From: a virus
Taxonomy: Duplodnaviria > Caudoviricetes
Virus record (IMG/VR): IMGVR_UViG_3300031519_000033
Location: 1-50,376 of that record
Strand: one strand, 5' to 3'
Length of the DNA: 50,376 nucleotides
In this document: piece after piece, positions 38,348-48,105 of the stretch
Position numbering within the stretch: position 1 is the first letter of the stretch
Layout of the letters: the number at the start of each line of letters is the position of its first letter
Translations under genes and position numbers: made by a program
The notes under the pieces: model-generated
What the model saw: only the letters and a program-made list of their open reading frames with translations
What the model was told of the DNA's origin: nothing
Databases searched by the model: none

Positions 38348-39701
38348 AGCAACAGTCACTGAATATTTAGATAAGGACTATCGTGAGTATGCTACTTATG
38401 TTATTGAGTCTAGGGCAATTCCATCTGTAATTGATGGACTAAAGCCAACACAACGTAAAGTTGTTTACATTGCAGATAAAGTCTGGAAGAATGGAACGGA
38501 GAAACCATACAAGGTATTTCAGCTTACTGGTAGAATTGCAGCAGATGCACATTATCATCACGGCGACGCTTCGTTAAATTCAGCAATTATTGGAATGGCA
38601 CAGAAGTTTAAGAACTCTATGCCACTACTTCAAGAGATTGGACAGTTCGGATCACTAAGATCTCCAGAAGCTGGAGCTCCTAGGTATGTTTCAACTAAGC
38701 TACATGAGAACTTCAGATTATTATACAAGGACTTTGAATTATTATCACCTAGGCATGAAGAAGGGTCCCAGATAGAACCTGAATACTTCCTTCCAATAAT
38801 TCCTACTGTTTTATTAAACGGATCATCAGGAATTGCTGTAGGGTTTGCTACTAACATATTAAATAGGAATCCTTTAGATCTAATTGAATGCTGTCTTAGG
38901 GAATTAAACGGTAAGCGGTTCAAAGAGCCTGCTCCATGGATCAATGGATTTAATGGTGAAGTGGTTACCAACGAGGACTCTGATGCAAAGTCGGCATGGT
39001 TGTTTAGAGGTAAGTATGCTGTTAAAAATACAACTACAATAGATATCACCGAACTTCCACCATCTGTAACATATGAAAAGTTTGACAAATACCTAAATGA
39101 TTTAGAAGACAGTCGAAGAATCGCCACTTATGAAAATAACTGCAAGTCAGATATCAACTACACTATTAAACTAAGTAGATCTGATATGTCAGGATTAGGA
39201 GTTGGAGATAAGCTTAAACGATTCTTGAAGATGGAAGAGCGCCAGACTGAGAATTTCACAGTACTTGATGAAACTGGAACGTTAATGATATTCGAAACCG
39301 CAAGCGAGATCATTAAATACTTTGTAGCTTTTAGAATGAAGTACTATATTAAAAGAAAAGCATTTATAATTGACAAATTAAAGAAAGAACTTATATTCCT
39401 TTCGAATAAAGCAAGATTCATCAAAATGATTATTGATGGTAAGATTAAAATTAACAACGTTGCTCGTCAAAAGATAATTGATGTATTAACTAAAGAGAAG
39501 TTCGATGAGATAGATGGATCTTATGGATATTTACTTTCTATGCCTATTCATACTCTTACTAAAGAGAAATACGAAGAACTACTTCGTCAAGAGGCTGAAA
39601 AAAATAAAGAATTAATTGAAATGAAGAAAGTTCAACCTATTGATATGTATACTGGAGATTTAAATGATCTTAAAAGGGTATTGAAAAAGGAGTATAATTA
39701 A
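38337..39701 (+). CDS. gp52: Type IIA topoisomerase breakage-reunion subunit (gp52)
   Basis: RAIPSVIDGLKPTQRK, YHHGDAS, catalytic AGAPRY, LLNGSSGIAVGFAT and ITELP. Confidence 0.93.
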   Translation: MMNKATVTEYLDKDYREYATYVIESRAIPSVIDGLKPTQRKVVYIADKVWKNGTEKPYKVFQLTGRIAADAHYHHGDASLNSAIIGMAQKFKNSMPLLQEIGQFGSLRSPEAGAPRYVSTKLHENFRLLYKDFELLSPRHEEGSQIEPEYFLPIIPTVLLNGSSGIAVGFATNILNRNPLDLIECCLRELNGKRFKEPAPWINGFNGEVVTNEDSDAKSAWLFRGKYAVKNTTTIDITELPPSVTYEKFDKYLNDLEDSRRIATYENNCKSDINYTIKLSRSDMSGLGVGDKLKRFLKMEERQTENFTVLDETGTLMIFETASEIIKYFVAFRMKYYIKRKAFIIDKLKKELIFLSNKARFIKMIIDGKIKINNVARQKIIDVLTKEKFDEIDGSYGYLLSMPIHTLTKEKYEELLRQEAEKNKELIEMKKVQPIDMYTGDLNDLKRVLKKEYN

Positions 39702-39721
39702 TATACATTAATACATTTAAA

Positions 39722-40534
39722 ATGGGAATATTTAATAGAACATTAACGCTATTTAAAAAGCCAATTGAAAAAAGATCAATACCTGAACTTATTGAAACTA
39801 TAGCTCACATTGATCCTATGAATTCAGATGGAATTAAGGAAGATTGTGAATTTCATAAATTAGCTAAGAAGTTTCCTGTAATATTCGGTGGATCTATTGG
39901 AGATAATCGAGTTTGGATGAACCCTAATAATCAAACATCATTTGAATCGGGATGGTTGGAACACCAAGACTTTATTGATTGGGCAAACGGTACCGGCAAA
40001 GTAGTACGAGGAGAAACTCAAGAACAAAAAGATAAATTCATGAGATATGCGAGAGCTCAAAATGAACTAGACTCGTATTCCTTTATGTATATTAAATACC
40101 TTAATCTTATTGATTCAGAATCCAAAGCTAAGTTGAGATGGAAACATCATAGTACTCCTTACACTAAAGCTCTTAATCTCAGCAAACGTAGAGATTCCGC
40201 AGAAGTTATAAAAGAAGTGTTTAGCACATTAGTTCCAAGATTACTAGTAGACATCAAAGAACAAGCAGAATGGCGCAAACATGATCCCGATTGGGTAGGT
40301 AAATTGCGATGTAAACACACAGAATATATGCATGCAGTATGTGATACGTTAACGATAGGAGGACATGGCTACTTTGAAGCATGCAATACTCCATGTGAAA
40401 TTGAAAATTTATCGTGGTCAAGGGATTTAGTTTGGTCAAAAGCATATTGTATGTACCTTGAAGAAATAGATCCTGGGCTTATTGACTGTATTAAATGGTG
40501 TGATGACAATAGACATAAAATAAAAGCAACATGA
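39722..40534 (+). CDS. Hypothetical protein
   Basis: ORF preceded by GTATAAT at 39692. Confidence 0.6.
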   Translation: MGIFNRTLTLFKKPIEKRSIPELIETIAHIDPMNSDGIKEDCEFHKLAKKFPVIFGGSIGDNRVWMNPNNQTSFESGWLEHQDFIDWANGTGKVVRGETQEQKDKFMRYARAQNELDSYSFMYIKYLNLIDSESKAKLRWKHHSTPYTKALNLSKRRDSAEVIKEVFSTLVPRLLVDIKEQAEWRKHDPDWVGKLRCKHTEYMHAVCDTLTIGGHGYFEACNTPCEIENLSWSRDLVWSKAYCMYLEEIDPGLIDCIKWCDDNRHKIKAT

Positions 40535-40770
40535 TTAAGCCTATATTTATAATAAGATTAAACGGTAATACTAATCCTGAAGTGAGAGGTCAGATATATG
40601 CAAACACTAGATTAGAGGTACCTGAGTTATTTGAGCAATATCACGTGATGTTTGTTTCTGGAGATAATACACATATTGAATTTGAATGTTATAACGCTGA
40701 GGATATCCCAAAGGGGGTCCGAGACAAAACCTTAGCTACAATAATTGATATAATATCTAAACAATCATAG
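40531..40770 (+). CDS. Hypothetical protein
   Basis: ATGA overlap with the upstream stop codon. Confidence 0.55.
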   Translation: MIKPIFIIRLNGNTNPEVRGQIYANTRLEVPELFEQYHVMFVSGDNTHIEFECYNAEDIPKGVRDKTLATIIDIISKQS

Positions 40771-40773
40771 ATT

Positions 40774-41820
40774 ATGCAAGCAACACACGAATACCACAAA
40801 CTATTAGATCACATTTGGAAATATGGTAAGAAAAAAACAGACCGAACAGGAACCGGCACAACGTCAATATTTGACTACAAGATTAAATTTGATATGGAAC
40901 AAGGGTTTCCGCTTATCACTACTAAACGATTACACACTAAGTCAATTATCCATGAATTACTATGGTTCCTCAAAGGCTCTACAAACATCAAATATTTGAA
41001 TGATAACGGAGTCACAATATGGGATGAGTGGGCATCTGAAAATGGAGAGTTAGGTCCTGTTTACGGAAAGCAATGGGTAAAATGGGAATGCCCACCGATG
41101 ACACCAAATGAGGTGGATTATCCGAAAGAAATCAATCAAATCCAAAACGCCATAGACACATTAAACAACAATCCTGATTCTCGTAGAATTATGGTTAGTG
41201 CTTGGAATGTAGGTGAGATATCACAAATGAAACTACCACCTTGTCATTGGGCATTTGAATTATATACTGAGGAATTGTCTGTTGAAGAGAGACAGACAAT
41301 ATTAGAAGAAACAAATCCTATGTATTATATGGACCAACAATTTGGTGGAGACGATATATTTACACGACAAAATATCCCAAACAGAAGATTATATCTTAAA
41401 TGGCATCAACGTTCAGTAGATGCATTTTTAGGACTTCCATTCAATATAGCAAGTTACGCACTATTACTTCATATGTTTGCACAACAAACAAACATGGTAC
41501 CAGGTACACTGGTAGGTGATTTAACAAATGTACATATTTACGACAATCATATGGAATTTGTTAAGAAACAGTTAGCACGAGACCCATCTAAACATGTTGC
41601 ACCAACTCTAATGTTGAACGACGAATTGACGATAGAAGATAGAATAATTCTTGCTAAAAAGTCCGACAAGTTTGAATTGCTTGATTGCATATCAAGCAAT
41701 ACCTGCGATACTAAAGGTATTTCAAAAACAAATGATATATTCAATTACAAGTTTAGCGACGTTATAATAGAGAACTATGAATATTTCCCTAATTGGAAAA
41801 ACATACCTATTGCCGTGTAA
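40774..41820 (+). CDS. thyA: Thymidylate synthase
   Basis: DRTGTGT, ELLWFL, GPVYGKQW, LPPCH, QRSVDAFLGLPFNIASY and HIYDNH, with two insertions. Confidence 0.96.
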   Translation: MQATHEYHKLLDHIWKYGKKKTDRTGTGTTSIFDYKIKFDMEQGFPLITTKRLHTKSIIHELLWFLKGSTNIKYLNDNGVTIWDEWASENGELGPVYGKQWVKWECPPMTPNEVDYPKEINQIQNAIDTLNNNPDSRRIMVSAWNVGEISQMKLPPCHWAFELYTEELSVEERQTILEETNPMYYMDQQFGGDDIFTRQNIPNRRLYLKWHQRSVDAFLGLPFNIASYALLLHMFAQQTNMVPGTLVGDLTNVHIYDNHMEFVKKQLARDPSKHVAPTLMLNDELTIEDRIILAKKSDKFELLDCISSNTCDTKGISKTNDIFNYKFSDVIIENYEYFPNWKNIPIAV

Positions 41821-42065
41821 TGAAACACTTCACACTAATATCACTAGGTATATTAAATATGTTACATGGATCCTTACATATTATACAATTTGCACAATCC
41901 ATGGTATTGGTTAGTTATTCAATAGATCACCATAGGGAACCCACTACTCTTATAGACGAGGTTATTCACCATCCTATCTTTGGATTAACCATGGGATTAA
42001 TAGGACTTATTACCTTAATTATAGGTATAAGAGATTATATCCATCATAGGAAGTGTAATCATTGA
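41820..42065 (+). CDS. Small membrane protein
   Basis: ATG 41820 overlaps the thyA stop codon; two hydrophobic segments. Confidence 0.5.
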   Translation: MKHFTLISLGILNMLHGSLHIIQFAQSMVLVSYSIDHHREPTTLIDEVIHHPIFGLTMGLIGLITLIIGIRDYIHHRKCNH

Positions 42066-42124
42066 TAAATAATAATATACTCAGGTAAATACACATTGTC
42101 CTAGTATTAAAATAATCTTACTTA

Positions 42125-42505
42125 ATGATCGATCTGCTACTCTTAATCGTGGCGATAACACTATTATACGTGATTCTTCCAGTTGTATCTTTATATGCAA
42201 TACTTAAGTTTATTATTTATCGAGATTTCAGACAATCTAAAATTTGGTTTTATTCTACAACTAAGGCAATTGATATTCTAGGTAATGTTATTGCAGCTGA
42301 TTTATTTAATGATATATTCATTAAGAAACGTGGATATGAATTTGGACGTAGAGGAGAAACAATATCCTCTGTACTAGGAAAGAATCAACAAGATAATACG
42401 TTAACTAAAGGTGGAAACTTCCTTAGGAGTCTTCTAGATTATATAGAACATGATCATTGTATTAAGAGCATCCTCACTGACGAAGATATAAACAATCGTA
42501 AGTAA
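42125..42505 (+). CDS. Phage membrane protein (ETISS-motif type)
   Basis: N-terminal TM, GETISSVLGKN and HC motif; ATAAATA at 42065-42071 upstream. Confidence 0.6.
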   Translation: MIDLLLLIVAITLLYVILPVVSLYAILKFIIYRDFRQSKIWFYSTTKAIDILGNVIAADLFNDIFIKKRGYEFGRRGETISSVLGKNQQDNTLTKGGNFLRSLLDYIEHDHCIKSILTDEDINNRK

Positions 42506-43219
42506 TTAAAGTGACATCACCTTATCAACTATTTCTTGAACATGTTTATTTGCTAATACTTTATAGTCAATAGAAAAGTTATCTCCCTTTATAGATGTAG
42601 AGTCTTCACAGAATGATCCTTTGTATGCAACTCCAGCAGGAACTGTTTTTCCTGTTCCAGGGTCCTTATATTCTTCTTGTTGGAATGGAAATAATTTCCT
42701 ATTCGTAATAGAGTTTTGTATGAAAATTGGCATCCTAATTACCGTCCCATATGCAGTGTTAACTATTCCTTTAATAATATTTTCTACTGCAACGCTAGGA
42801 TCCCCTCCGATTAATTTTTTAGCAGATTTAATCGCTATCCCAATAGATCCCTTTATAATCCAGCTTAATCCATCAATGTCGCTAATTAAGAGTTTCTTTA
42901 AGGATATTATAAAATTCTCAGATCCTTTCCTAAATGATTTTCCACCATCACATTCTATATATGATTTAATTAATAAATCAAGCTGAGGTGTAATTGCCTC
43001 AATTGCTTGTCCCTTTAGCTTATCTATATTAATAAATGTTGCTGCTATTGTTCCTTGAGGGCCACTTCCTACTTTTACACGAGCATTTAAATATTTCCTA
43101 AGACCTTCAATTACATCAGATTTAATACCCGACTTGGCCCTATTAATCTTATTAATTTGATCTAATGAGGCTGCTTCATTCATCATATACCAGGTTGTAA
43201 AGTTATTAATATAATTCAT
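42506..43219 (-). CDS. Putative internal head protein
   Basis: N-terminus MNYINNFTTWYMMNEA; has its own ATAAATA at 43227-43233. Confidence 0.55.
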   Translation of the reverse strand: MNYINNFTTWYMMNEAASLDQINKINRAKSGIKSDVIEGLRKYLNARVKVGSGPQGTIAATFINIDKLKGQAIEAITPQLDLLIKSYIECDGGKSFRKGSENFIISLKKLLISDIDGLSWIIKGSIGIAIKSAKKLIGGDPSVAVENIIKGIVNTAYGTVIRMPIFIQNSITNRKLFPFQQEEYKDPGTGKTVPAGVAYKGSFCEDSTSIKGDNFSIDYKVLANKHVQEIVDKVMSL

Positions 43220-43248
43220 ATATTGTTATTTATCCAAAAAACAAGCAT

Positions 43249-43279
43249 AAAAAAAGGACGTATCTGAGATACGTCCTTT
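43249..43279 (-). terminator. Intrinsic terminator after the major capsid gene
   Basis: AAAGGACGTATC-tga-GATACGTCCTTT, with a U-run on the minus strand. Confidence 0.85.
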
Positions 43280-43308
43280 AGTTTAACTATATTCGTTTAA
43301 TCTATCGA

Positions 43309-45012
43309 TTAAAGAGTGTTAGTTGGTGCCGCTCCACCAGTTAAAGTAGCTAAGTCACCTTGAACCGTCATATTTACATATTGCGTTTCTGGGTGCCATC
43401 CTGCTTCAGTGATAGCGTAACGAGATTTCATCCCGATCTTTGGTGAGAAAGTACCTTCAGCTATTGTCTGTAAAGACTCAGCCATGATGTAAGGCATGAA
43501 TTTAACTCCAGGCTCTTCATCAGCACCTTTTCTTCCGATACAAATACGAGTATCTCCCCAAGAAAGGTTAGGATCTACATACACTTGAACTCCGTAAACT
43601 TTACCCGCTGGGTATAAGTTTCCAGCTACTCCGCCCATGTCCGTAGGAACTTGTGCGATTGAATAACCAGATACATCAGCTAAAGCAGATGCTACTCGTC
43701 CGTTAGTTACCAAGAATGTACCAGCTCCAAATCTACCTCTGTGATAAATTAAGTTTGCTAATTCAAGAATCTTAGTTACTAATCTTCTTTGTAATGTAGA
43801 AACATTTTCAAATCCACCTGTTCCAGCTAGCAAATCAAGTCTAGTAAGGTTAGAACCTTCTACTAGGTCAATCTCAGTTGTATGAGTTGCTGCTAGTTGG
43901 AATACTCTATCCACTAATCTTTTATTGATTGACTGTGCAAGGTCATTTACTGCTACATTCTCTAACATAGAGATAACGTCGTAGTTCCAAACTCGATTAA
44001 GATCTTGGATTTGCTCTACAGATGCAGAGATTGCTACTTGGTCAGTATCAGCTTCAATGAATTTAGTAAACATTCTAAGACCCATTTGTCTGAATCTTGA
44101 ACCTTCACCTGCTTCTCTTGACATAGATCCTGGTGTAGATCCTGTTGCTGGCATATAGGGCCCTTGAAAATCAGTTGTTGCGTAATCGTCATCAGATGTT
44201 CCAGTGAAACCGGAAATTTGATTCTCTAACGCAGATACTAATTGTACATCAGCTGTTGCGACATTACCAGTAGTTCCTCCTGTTGGAGCAACTGCACCGA
44301 TAGTTGCAATTCCTTTACCGTTAATATCAGCTGCTACCGAAGTAGTACCTGTTGGATCTTCTACTACCTTGATGATAGCGTGACCGTCTACTCTTGAATA
44401 ACCAATGAAGTGGTATACTCCAGATGCTGCTGCACTAAAGACGATAATTTCACCAGAAACTGGATTTGCAGTAGCAATGTTAGCTACACCTGATCCTACA
44501 AGATCATCTGTAGTAATTCCTACTAGTTTTACCATATATGGAGAAAACTCATCGTCTGTTTTACCACCAGTGTAAAGATAATCTAAGTAAGGTAAAAACC
44601 CTACTGGAGAATCCATAGGTACAACTGGAACTAGGTCGAAACCTATTGTCTTAGCTGCAACTTGTATTGCTACTGGTAAAAGAGATGGGAATTTATCACC
44701 AGAACCTGACTGATTTGCTGCGGTTCCTGTGCTACCATATCCATTTTTTACTCCACCAGCAAACGGCGTTTGAGCCGGAGTTGGTGCTTGTGCGGCTCCC
44801 ATTCCTGGTAAAGCTCCTGGAGTCTGTAGGAATTGACCTGGTGCATTTTGCTCAAAGATCGCGTCAGTATTGTCAAATATTGCGTGATTGTGAGCGTATT
44901 CTGCTAACCAAGGTGTTTTTTCCATATCAGCTCCGTGAGATTCCAAAATTGGTTTCCACGTGTTGTTCATCGATTGATCGTTTGAACGTCTGAAAATTTT
45001 AGTACGTGCCAT
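43309..45012 (-). CDS. gp23: Major capsid protein (T4 gp23-like)
   Basis: W.PILE N-terminus, DLVPVVPMDSPVG, EQIQDL, G+K...PG+.FMPY and FSPKIGMKSRYA. Confidence 0.9.
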   Translation of the reverse strand: MARTKIFRRSNDQSMNNTWKPILESHGADMEKTPWLAEYAHNHAIFDNTDAIFEQNAPGQFLQTPGALPGMGAAQAPTPAQTPFAGGVKNGYGSTGTAANQSGSGDKFPSLLPVAIQVAAKTIGFDLVPVVPMDSPVGFLPYLDYLYTGGKTDDEFSPYMVKLVGITTDDLVGSGVANIATANPVSGEIIVFSAAASGVYHFIGYSRVDGHAIIKVVEDPTGTTSVAADINGKGIATIGAVAPTGGTTGNVATADVQLVSALENQISGFTGTSDDDYATTDFQGPYMPATGSTPGSMSREAGEGSRFRQMGLRMFTKFIEADTDQVAISASVEQIQDLNRVWNYDVISMLENVAVNDLAQSINKRLVDRVFQLAATHTTEIDLVEGSNLTRLDLLAGTGGFENVSTLQRRLVTKILELANLIYHRGRFGAGTFLVTNGRVASALADVSGYSIAQVPTDMGGVAGNLYPAGKVYGVQVYVDPNLSWGDTRICIGRKGADEEPGVKFMPYIMAESLQTIAEGTFSPKIGMKSRYAITEAGWHPETQYVNMTVQGDLATLTGGAAPTNTL

Positions 45013-45030
45013 TATTTATAATGATTATTT

Positions 45031-47013
45031 TTAGTTGTTAGCTTGTCTCGAAAGATTTGCTAAGTAATTTGAGGAATATCCTCTGCTATTCTCAACCACC
45101 GTTTTAACGGCTATCATACCTTCTGTACCTTGGCTTTCGTTAAGTTTTTGCATTTTTATGTTTTGTGTTTCTATTTCAACTCTTTCATTAACTCCTCTTA
45201 GGATGTTCGATTGTTCGTCCCAAAAAGATTTAACTTGATAAGCTGTCTTTAGGTTATATAACTGAGATTTTGCGAATATTTTACCTTTTTCATTTTCATT
45301 CATCTTATTCCATACTGGTTTGTATGTATCAGGCATGAATTTTACGATTAAAGGAATATCCTTAGTTGATTCATTTACAACAGCGTCCATAATTCCAAGT
45401 ACATCATTTTCTGAGAACCAAACTGATGCTCCAAGAGCCTCAACAATTGCTTGTTTTTGTTCAGTAGGTAATTCATAAAACGCTGTTCTTTTATCTTCAG
45501 CTATAACTTTTAAGAATGGGTGTCTGTTTTCTAACACTGATTTTGCAGATTCAGAGTTAACTGATGCGATAACTGCATCTACACTAGATACTAATTTATC
45601 TACATTTGCTGATTCTGTTAAAGATACAACTCCATCTAATAGATTTCTCTGTTTAGGTGCAGCAGTTCCTTCATTTAATGATTCTGCTAAATACTCTGTA
45701 TAACCAATTCCTTGGCTAGCTTTTCCTGCTACATACTGAGAATACTCTCTGTTTTCGTTAATTCCTTTTCCAAGGTATTCAGCGAATTGTAAAGTGTTAT
45801 TTGCTCCTTCAGCAATGTGTTCTGAGTATTGAATTGATCCATCTAATTCTTCAGCTAAATAGTTTTGATAGTTAATAGAACCGTTTAAGCTCTCTTTCAA
45901 ATACTCAGCGTAGTTAATTGATTGATTTAATTTCTCTGCAATATAGTCATTATGACCAATTGTTGTGTTTAGTTTTTCTCCAACGTAACTAGTATACTCG
46001 ATAGCATTGTTTGTAGTTGATGCTACATGCTCCGTATAAGATACGTTTTTATTTACCATTTCTGAAAGATAATCTGAATAATTAATTACTCCTTCTAAAT
46101 GTTCAGCTAAATAATTTACAAACGAAACAACTTTACTGAGGTCTTGTCCTCCTTCAGTAGATTCATTAAGTTTTAAATTCTTCATTTCGCTTTTTAATGA
46201 ATCGAAATTTTCTTTAACTACCTCAGTGTATCTATTCATACTCTCCTTAGTTACAAAATCTTTGTTGTCGGCCATTGTATTATTATTATTTTCTGGTGTT
46301 ATAAAATCTTCAAATACGGATTCTATAGGATTATTTATTTTATATATTTTAAAATTATCACTATAATTTAAACTTTCTGAAACATCGTTTAAATGTTCCT
46401 TGTTTACGAATGAATCTGCTTTTAAATGATCAAAGCTTTCCGTTAACATTTGGAAGTTATCTTTTAATGATTCATTAAGTGTTTTCTTTAAAATAGCAGC
46501 AGTAAATCCAGGCTCTCCAACTAAATCATAAGTGAATATCTTGTGAAGTTTAACTCTACCTTCATTCATTACTTGACCAGCTGCTCTAGATGAAATTGAA
46601 AGATTAACTCCTCCGTCTAATAAAGCCTTAGCTATTTTTCCGTTTGGAGTGTTTTCTAAAATTCTTAGTTTAATCATTACCTGATTTCCACCGTCAAAAT
46701 TTAATGCTTCAATAATATGTGATGCACTTTTTAATGTAACGTCGAAATGTGGTGGGTGATCTAAATCTCCAACTAGTTGACCTTTTGTGATTTTATCATT
46801 AAGGTAACTTAAGTGAGGTAAGTATTCGTCTTTAGCGTATACTCTACCGTTATTGTTCTCTTCTTCAAACACTGCGCATACGCCTTCTAGGACCATATTA
46901 CCATGTGTTGAACTCTCGTTTATACGTAAATCCTGTCCAATATTTTCAACCAATAGAACGTAATCGTCTAAGTTTGCTGATTGTAAGGAATTATTGCCTT
47001 GATTAGTTTTCAA
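45031..47013 (-). CDS. gp21: Prohead protease (gp21-like) fused to a scaffold/core domain
   Basis: NNNGRVY, GDLDHP, TPNGKIAK, SISSRAAG and YDLVGEPG motifs, then about 450 aa containing 14-residue repeats. TTG start. Confidence 0.85.
   Translation of the reverse strand: MKTNQGNNSLQSANLDDYVLLVENIGQDLRINESSTHGNMVLEGVCAVFEEENNNGRVYAKDEYLPHLSYLNDKITKGQLVGDLDHPPHFDVTLKSASHIIEALNFDGGNQVMIKLRILENTPNGKIAKALLDGGVNLSISSRAAGQVMNEGRVKLHKIFTYDLVGEPGFTAAILKKTLNESLKDNFQMLTESFDHLKADSFVNKEHLNDVSESLNYSDNFKIYKINNPIESVFEDFITPENNNNTMADNKDFVTKESMNRYTEVVKENFDSLKSEMKNLKLNESTEGGQDLSKVVSFVNYLAEHLEGVINYSDYLSEMVNKNVSYTEHVASTTNNAIEYTSYVGEKLNTTIGHNDYIAEKLNQSINYAEYLKESLNGSINYQNYLAEELDGSIQYSEHIAEGANNTLQFAEYLGKGINENREYSQYVAGKASQGIGYTEYLAESLNEGTAAPKQRNLLDGVVSLTESANVDKLVSSVDAVIASVNSESAKSVLENRHPFLKVIAEDKRTAFYELPTEQKQAIVEALGASVWFSENDVLGIMDAVVNESTKDIPLIVKFMPDTYKPVWNKMNENEKGKIFAKSQLYNLKTAYQVKSFWDEQSNILRGVNERVEIETQNIKMQKLNESQGTEGMIAVKTVVENSRGYSSNYLANLSRQANN
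45668..46113 (-). repeat. Eleven degenerate 14-aa (42-nt) tandem repeats in the scaffold domain
   Basis: Runs from YLAEHLEGVINYSD to YLAESLNEG. The first and last Tyr codons are exactly 420 nt apart. Confidence 0.85.
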
Positions 47014-47031
47014 AAGTCTGCAATTTTTTAT

Positions 47032-47038
47032 TATTTAT
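47032..47038 (-). promoter_or_regulatory. Late promoter TATAAATA upstream of the protease-capsid unit
   Basis: The minus strand reads TTATAAATAATAA, which contains the exact T4 late consensus. Confidence 0.65.
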
Positions 47039-47073
47039 AACAGACTTGTATGAAAAAACTGAAGTTTTTGCCT

Positions 47074-48051
47074 CTATTCTTGGATAAAAGACTCTTTGAT
47101 AATTTCTAAATTATCTTCGTTGACTTCTGATAAGTCAGGTGGGATGATATTAAATCGTATAATATAATTACCGAGTATGCCTGCGCTAGACATGATACCT
47201 TGGTCCTTTATATTGAATTTTAAATCATTTAGCTTCTTAGGTGTAGATATCTCAGCATCATATGATTTATCTAATAATGTTGTGATCCTTATTTTCTCCC
47301 CTTCGAATAATGTTTTATACAGAGGAATGTCTATAAATTGAATAACATTTTCATCCTCAAGTTCCATATCTTCTGGAACATTTATTTTTAAAGTTAAGTA
47401 ATAATCTCCAACTAATAATACCGTTTCCGGATCTCCCCATATATTAGCACGCTGGAATATATCTTCATGACCTAGTTTTTCTAGTTTCATCTTTATAAAA
47501 TATACACTTCCTACTTTAAGAATTGTCGTATGTTTCTTTCTTAGATCTAAATGAATATTTAGAGTCTTAGATAATTTATCCTTTTTAAAGCTACCATCAA
47601 CCGTCCATCTATCGTAATTAACCTTAACTGATGTTCCTTGCATTAAATCCCTTAAGTCTACTTCTCTGTCTTCCTTTATATTAAGATGATCAGTAGTTGG
47701 CATTCTCGTTCCTCGTTCGCTATTGAATCCTCCTCGACGAGATGAATGTCTTCCTGTATTATTGAATCCTCCTTTAAATTCTTCTTTGCTAAAGTTATTT
47801 ACCCAATCTTCAAATGATGTGCCATGTCTACCTCCATTAGATATAGGGTTCCTTGATAGATCATAGTCTTCTTTCTTTTTAGGATCTCCTAATACTCCAT
47901 ATGCTTCTGATATACTTTTAAACACATCTTCTGCTCCACTACTTGAATTAACATCGGGATGATATTGCTTTGACATAGCTCGATATGCCCGTTTAATTTC
48001 CGCAGAAGTTGAAGTATTCTTTACTTCTAATATTTTGTAATAATCTTTCAA
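47074..48051 (-). CDS. dnaJ: DnaJ-class co-chaperone (J domain plus C-terminal domain, no zinc finger)
   Basis: KDYYKILEV, YHPDVN, FKSISEAYGVLGDP and a G/F-rich linker. TTG start. Confidence 0.88.
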   Translation of the reverse strand: MKDYYKILEVKNTSTSAEIKRAYRAMSKQYHPDVNSSSGAEDVFKSISEAYGVLGDPKKKEDYDLSRNPISNGGRHGTSFEDWVNNFSKEEFKGGFNNTGRHSSRRGGFNSERGTRMPTTDHLNIKEDREVDLRDLMQGTSVKVNYDRWTVDGSFKKDKLSKTLNIHLDLRKKHTTILKVGSVYFIKMKLEKLGHEDIFQRANIWGDPETVLLVGDYYLTLKINVPEDMELEDENVIQFIDIPLYKTLFEGEKIRITTLLDKSYDAEISTPKKLNDLKFNIKDQGIMSSAGILGNYIIRFNIIPPDLSEVNEDNLEIIKESFIQE

Positions 48052-48059
48052 AAATATAT

Positions 48060-48105
48060 AAACTATAGTTATTTAATATTGTATAAAAGAATTGGTTACA
48101 GGTTT
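48060..48105. promoter_or_regulatory. Overlapping divergent promoter-like motifs for dnaJ and the glycosyltransferase operon
   Basis: + strand AAAC-N17-GTATAAA (48060-48087); - strand AAAC-N17-ATACAAT (48105-48078). Confidence 0.4.

Noticed and set aside
45013-45019. ATAAATA immediately before the capsid ATG as a late promoter
   Set aside because: It abuts the start codon, leaving no room for a transcript start. It is more likely part of the A-rich translation leader.
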